Shown piece after piece: positions 59,339 through 64,000 of a stretch of 64,000 bases of DNA. Position numbers and translations under genes: made by a program. The DNA is from Candidatus Eiseniibacteriota bacterium (GTDB lineage Bacteria; Eisenbacteria; RBG-16-71-46; CAIMUX01; VGJL01), in assembly GCA_963792585.1 (NCBI GenBank), contig CAWBWI010000001.1, positions 1,824,001 through 1,888,000 of the forward strand, read 5' to 3'. Each line of letters starts with the position of its first letter. The first letter of the stretch is position 1. The notes under the pieces were generated by a model. That model was given only the letters and a program-made list of their open reading frames with translations, was not told the DNA's origin and searched no databases.

Positions 59339-61639
59339 GTGAAATGGTGGTCGTTCCTGAGCATCATTGGTGAGAGCACTCTCGCCGTGTGCACTCTCCC
59401 CGGCGTGATCCTCGCCCAGTACGACCGGGGAATCGTCGGATGGGGGGAGCAGGTCGTCGTCGAGCAATCGGAGCTCGACGGCCTCGCGATCGTCTCGGCC
59501 GGCGCATGGCACAGCGTGGGCCTCACTCCCGACGGGAGAATCGTGAGTTGGGGTTTCTACATTGGACAGGATCCGGAGGGAGCCGACTTCATCGCTATAG
59601 ATGCAGGCGGCGCCGGCGCCTTTGATCACAGCGTCGCGCTGCGGTCGAACGGGTCGGTCGAGGCTTGGGGTGGTGTAGGAGACGTCCCCTCCCCGAACGA
59701 AGACTTCGTCGCGGTCGCCTCCGGCGGGTATCACGACATCGGGCTCAAGTCGAATGGGATCGTCGTCGGTTGGGGATGGAACGCCTACGGCCAATGCGAC
59801 CCGCCGGATCCCGACTCGGGCTTCATCGCGATTGCGTGCGGCGAGACTCACAGCCTTGGGATCAAGGCCGGTGGCGTGGTCGTCTGCTGGGGGGACAACC
59901 GGTCCGGGCAGTGCAATGTCCCGTCGCCGAATCAGGACTTCGTGGCAGTCGCCGGCGGTGGCGAGCACAGCCTCGGCCTAAAGTCCGACGGGACGATCGT
60001 CGTCTGGGGCTCCAACGAATACAACCAGTGGGACGTTCCCGCGCCGAATGCGAACTTCATCGCGATCGACGCCGGTCACATGCACAGCATGGGCCTCAAG
60101 TCCGATGGACCGATCGTCGCCTGGGGATGGAACGGCTACGGCCAGACCGACGTGCCGGCTCCGAACACCGATTTCGTCTCCGTGTCAGCCGGATATGCGC
60201 ACAATGTGGCTCTCAAGTCCGACGGGACAAAGGTCGCGTGGGGATCGAACGAGAGGAGCGAGTGCAACGTCCCGGCCCCCAACGCGGATTTCCTCGCCGT
60301 CAGCGCGGGCGCGTACTTCGGCCTGGGCCTGCGGTCCAGCGGGGCAATCGTCGCCTGGGGCGACGACAATGACGGAGTTTACAACATCCCTCAGCCGAAC
60401 GCGGGCTTCACCGCGATCTCAGCAGGCTGGGCCCACGGGCTGGGCCTCAAGTCGATCGGGACGATCGTGGCGTGGGGGAACGACTGGTACGGCCAATGCG
60501 TCGTTCCCGCGCCCAACGCCGACTTCGTGGCTGTCGCCGCTGGGGCTGCCCACAGCCTGGGACTGAAGTCGGACGGGACGGCCGTCGCCTGGGGACAAAA
60601 CACATACGGCCAGTGCGATGTCCTGGGCTCGGGCTATTTCGCTCTCTCAGGAGGCATGCGGCACAGCCTCGGATTGAGACCGGGCGGGATCATCTCGGCT
60701 TGGGGGGACAACAGCGTCGGCCAGTGCGACGTTTCCCATCCGAACCAGGAGTTCGTGGCCATCTCCGCCGGGCCGATGCACTCCCTGGCCCTCCGGTCCA
60801 ACGGTACGATCGCAGCGTGGGGGAGCAACGTGGCCGGCGAGTGCAACGTCCCGGAACCGAACTCGGACTTCATCGGCATCGCGGCGGGCGGTGACGGAGG
60901 ATACAACCCCTGCAGCCTCGGGCTGAAGTCGAACGGAAGGGTCGTGGCGTGGGGCTCTCTCGGGCAGGTGATGAACATCCCCGACAAGCAGTTCGTCGCG
61001 ATCGCCGCGGGCGGATTCCACAAACTGGGAATCGTGAGCAGCCTGCCCACCCCTGTCCAGATGGCGGAGGCTTCCGCCGAGGTGCGGGATCACGACGTGC
61101 TCCTGCGCTGGCGGACCTCCGCGGATCTGCAAGGCGTTTCATTCGATGTTTACAGGCTCGAGGGTGCCGGCGGGCAACCCGGCATCGGAGAGCGCCTGAC
61201 CTCCGACCCGCTCACGTCGACAACCGGTGTGTACGAGTGGGTCGACGGCACAGTCCGCTCGGACACGGACTACAAGTACAGGCTCGAGATGCACGCAACG
61301 GGATCGCCTCCCGCCGTCGTTCGAACTCTGGTCGTCCATGTCGGACGCCTGGCATGGAGCTGCGGCATACGGTCGGTCCGCCCCAATCCGGTGACGCGAG
61401 AGGTGACGATCGCTTTCCAGACTCCGCGGAGAGGTCTGGTCTCGCTGGATCTCATCAATCCGGGGGGCCGTGCCGTCCGGCGGATCGTGTCTGATGTGCT
61501 GGACGCCGGTTCGCACGATGTATCCCTCGATCTCGCGCGCGCGTCAGGCGGCCATCGCCTGGCCGCTGGCGTCTACTATTTGGTGTTCCGGTTCGACGAA
61601 GGAGCGCAGGCGAGGCGCAGCTTCGTGGTGATGCCGTAG
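59339..61639 (+). CDS. RCC1/BLIP-II-like repeat protein (about 14 blades) with a FlgD-Ig/T9SS-like C-terminal domain
   Basis: Repeats of FVAVAAG..HSLGLKSDGT.VAWG.N.YGQC. C-terminus VRPNP...GVYYLV. Confidence 0.88.
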   Translation: MKWWSFLSIIGESTLAVCTLPGVILAQYDRGIVGWGEQVVVEQSELDGLAIVSAGAWHSVGLTPDGRIVSWGFYIGQDPEGADFIAIDAGGAGAFDHSVALRSNGSVEAWGGVGDVPSPNEDFVAVASGGYHDIGLKSNGIVVGWGWNAYGQCDPPDPDSGFIAIACGETHSLGIKAGGVVVCWGDNRSGQCNVPSPNQDFVAVAGGGEHSLGLKSDGTIVVWGSNEYNQWDVPAPNANFIAIDAGHMHSMGLKSDGPIVAWGWNGYGQTDVPAPNTDFVSVSAGYAHNVALKSDGTKVAWGSNERSECNVPAPNADFLAVSAGAYFGLGLRSSGAIVAWGDDNDGVYNIPQPNAGFTAISAGWAHGLGLKSIGTIVAWGNDWYGQCVVPAPNADFVAVAAGAAHSLGLKSDGTAVAWGQNTYGQCDVLGSGYFALSGGMRHSLGLRPGGIISAWGDNSVGQCDVSHPNQEFVAISAGPMHSLALRSNGTIAAWGSNVAGECNVPEPNSDFIGIAAGGDGGYNPCSLGLKSNGRVVAWGSLGQVMNIPDKQFVAIAAGGFHKLGIVSSLPTPVQMAEASAEVRDHDVLLRWRTSADLQGVSFDVYRLEGAGGQPGIGERLTSDPLTSTTGVYEWVDGTVRSDTDYKYRLEMHATGSPPAVVRTLVVHVGRLAWSCGIRSVRPNPVTREVTIAFQTPRRGLVSLDLINPGGRAVRRIVSDVLDAGSHDVSLDLARASGGHRLAAGVYYLVFRFDEGAQARRSFVVMP

Positions 61640-61727
61640 GAGGATCTCCCCGATTTCGCGGCGGGGCAGCGGTAGGAGGTCGGGAGCTGCACAGAGGATC
61701 ACCGTCTGTTCGCCGAGGTTCACAGCC

Positions 61728-61895
61728 TGTCCACGCTACAAAGTCCATCCGGTGTATGTATGACCGACGAAACAGCCATCCCCAACCTTGATCATGCGGA
61801 CTTGATGATAGTCGAGGGGAATTCGGAAGGCCATAGGCGCTTTCGGGCCTGGTTGCTCCGCTCCCGTGCCCCGGCGCTGCGTCAGATGTCGGTGG
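61728..61895 (-). mobile_element. Solo downstream end of the same IS family
   Basis: tgtccacgctacaaagtccatcc terminal repeat and acttgatgatagtcgagggg...gccataggcg core. Confidence 0.72.
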
Positions 61896-62149
61896 ACGCT
61901 CCTACCCGGCAGGCGGGAATGAAACTGGCGTCCCGGGCCGCCTTCGCAACACCCACAACGCCTTCCGCTTTGCGGTCGGGCCGCCGTCTGGTGATGTCCT
62001 ACCGTGGTGCGTTCACCGCGATAGTTCTGTTCCCACACGAAGTGCGATCCCTCGTCAAGGGCAGACCCGCCCCATGCAGCATGACCTCAGTCGGTCGTTC
62101 GACCTACCTTTCAGCGGCTTCGTGGCGCGCTTGTGGGAGGGACAGGTCC

Positions 62150-63916
62150 CTATCGGGCAATGACGATCCTCAGGAAGTCCGCAGTGCCCGGCGAGGCGAG
62201 TCGAATGAAGTAAATACCCTGCGCCAGGCCGTCGTTCGTCGGGCTCCACGTTACATCGTAATCACCGGCGGAGTACATCCCTTCCGCCAGGGTATTCACG
62301 AGTCTGCCTCCCACGTCGAACACCTGCAACCAGACCCATGTATCTCGTGGAACCGTCAGTTGAATTACTGCCTTCCCGCTCCTCGGCAACGGGTTGGGGC
62401 CGACTGATACCATGCGGGGTGTCAGCGGAGAAGCTCCGCCCCCTGAATCAACGCTAGCCGATGACTGGAAGTCGTTCATGATCGCTTTGGCCAAGTCGGA
62501 CATCGAGACTGTGCTCACGTCAGCGTTGGCGAGCACACAGGCCGCCATGTTTGCTTCGGGCCTCACAACGAACGCGCTTGCTTGCCCTGGTCGACTTCCT
62601 CCGTGACCAACCTGCGTGACAGGCATCCCAGGCTGCGAGTCGGTGAAGAAGCCGATGCCGTAGTACCGCTCATACGGGCAGTTGGGGAAGCACCCGAGAT
62701 CCGTCGTGGCTCCCCATAGATCCCTAACACCATCCTGTGAGAGCAAGCCACCGGGCCCGCGATAGCTCACCAGAAGCGCCTCGGCGAAATGCGCCAGATC
62801 GATCACGGATGCGATGACGCCTCCCGCCGGATCTCGCGCCTCCGCGGCTGCCTCGTCCAGGTTGTAGATCTGCCAGGTATATCCATCGCCGGGCAAATCC
62901 TCACTGCTATAGAAGTTATCTTCGCACCGTGCATCGGTGAGGCTGACCTGGTTGATGTACGGACCGACGTGCATGACAGCGGTCTGCGAGACCCCAGGGT
63001 TGTCGCCTATCGGCACCCTAGTCGCCCGAAATCCATCGAGCATCGCCGTGCACATTCCTGCCGGGTCAAGAACCTGTGTCTGGAGGATCCGCGCGAAGGT
63101 TTGTCCCGTTCGATTCGCCATGTAGGCTCCCGCGAGTGAGAAGTTGAATGCGGAGTATTGGTACCCGCCACCCAGGTTCCCGTACACCTCACTGTCGTAG
63201 TGCGGTGACACGAGGTCGTCGGGTTCGATCCAGAACTCCGCCAAGTCTCCCGGGTAGCAGAAGAGATGCAACGCGCCATAGTCTGTCTTGAAAGCTCCCC
63301 GATGACTCAATAGTTGGCGAAGAGTGCGCTCACCATTGACATGAACTTGGCTAGCGTCGTCGTCACTGACAAAATCATCCAGCGAAAGTTCCCCATTCTC
63401 TTCCAGGATCTTGGCTGCAACAGCGGTGATGGCCTTGGTGGTCGAGCCGACGCGGTAGAGTCTGTTGACTCCATCCGGATCGTGCACGTACTGACCCCCG
63501 CCAACATACGAGAATGCATCGGCGAAGTGGATCCTGCCATTGATGACGATGGCGAACGCAATATGGGTGGTGAACATGCCGTTGGTGAGGAGCACTTGAA
63601 CGACCCGCTCCCGCGCTTTGCATTGGGGTTGGCGGTCGTTATCTGGGTTTCCATCCATGGGGGCGCAGTAGGACCAATCGAACTCCGGGTCGTATTCGAC
63701 TGTCGGGCATGCGTCGAGAGAATCCGGCATGCCGTCCCTGTCGGTATCCTCAACGGCGCGGAATGAAGAACCCTGACCCGGCGCGCTCTGAGCCTGGACG
63801 GAAGGTGTCGGCATCGCGAGCAAGAAAAGCCCGAGAGTTAACTGAATCGTCCTGTTTTGAAGAGTCACCACAGAACCTCCGCAAGTTGGCTTGCCTGGTC
63901 CATCTGAGAACCCCAC
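62150..63916 (-). CDS. Secreted serine hydrolase (beta-lactamase/PBP fold) with a TSP3-like Ca-binding motif and a FlgD-Ig/T9SS-like C-terminal domain
   Basis: SxxK (GSTTK), LLSH, HGG; DTDRDGMPDSLDACP; PNP...FDVGGRLV...GIYFIRL. True start probably near 63870. Confidence 0.85.
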   Translation of the reverse strand: MGFSDGPGKPTCGGSVVTLQNRTIQLTLGLFLLAMPTPSVQAQSAPGQGSSFRAVEDTDRDGMPDSLDACPTVEYDPEFDWSYCAPMDGNPDNDRQPQCKARERVVQVLLTNGMFTTHIAFAIVINGRIHFADAFSYVGGGQYVHDPDGVNRLYRVGSTTKAITAVAAKILEENGELSLDDFVSDDDASQVHVNGERTLRQLLSHRGAFKTDYGALHLFCYPGDLAEFWIEPDDLVSPHYDSEVYGNLGGGYQYSAFNFSLAGAYMANRTGQTFARILQTQVLDPAGMCTAMLDGFRATRVPIGDNPGVSQTAVMHVGPYINQVSLTDARCEDNFYSSEDLPGDGYTWQIYNLDEAAAEARDPAGGVIASVIDLAHFAEALLVSYRGPGGLLSQDGVRDLWGATTDLGCFPNCPYERYYGIGFFTDSQPGMPVTQVGHGGSRPGQASAFVVRPEANMAACVLANADVSTVSMSDLAKAIMNDFQSSASVDSGGGASPLTPRMVSVGPNPLPRSGKAVIQLTVPRDTWVWLQVFDVGGRLVNTLAEGMYSAGDYDVTWSPTNDGLAQGIYFIRLASPGTADFLRIVIAR

Positions 63917-64000
63917 CCATGCCAGGCCCGTCGCCCGGGCGACCCGCCGCCGGGGTCATAGCTTTGCGCAGTCGATGATACTCCGTCTGAACCGGAAAGA

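Overview
GC-rich bacterial window with three parts. (1) About 0.2-29.5 kb: a proteobacterial-type (T6SS-i) type VI secretion locus on the minus strand: tagH-like, tssJKLM, tagF, tssA, tssB, tssC, hcp, tssEFG, clpV, a CsgG-like gene, vgrG, then a DUF6484-like/DUF2169/thiolase-like/DUF4150-GHH2 nuclease/putative immunity/TIGR02270 effector module. A convergent gene at the start looks like a compact TssB-TssC fusion. Six core genes (vgrG, clpV, tssF, hcp, tssC, tssA) each carry a single-base frameshift, probably assembly errors. (2) About 29.8-48 kb: surface and lipoprotein genes (PEGA, a second CsgG-like protein, FN3+Kelch, a protein with 23 Cys-rich repeats, a small diheme protein) and several enzymes. 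(3) About 45.9-64 kb: an accessory region with one intact DDE insertion sequence, five remnants of the same IS family in the same orientation, two 131-bp attC-like sites delimiting integron-type cassettes with no integrase in the window, and many secreted proteins. These end either in a (T/S)WGx(I/L/M)(K/R)xxxR motif or in a FlgD-Ig/T9SS-like C-terminal domain. That protein style suggests an Eisenbacteria/Latescibacterota/Krumholzibacteriota-like host (inference only). All family calls are by motif recognition; no database searches were run.
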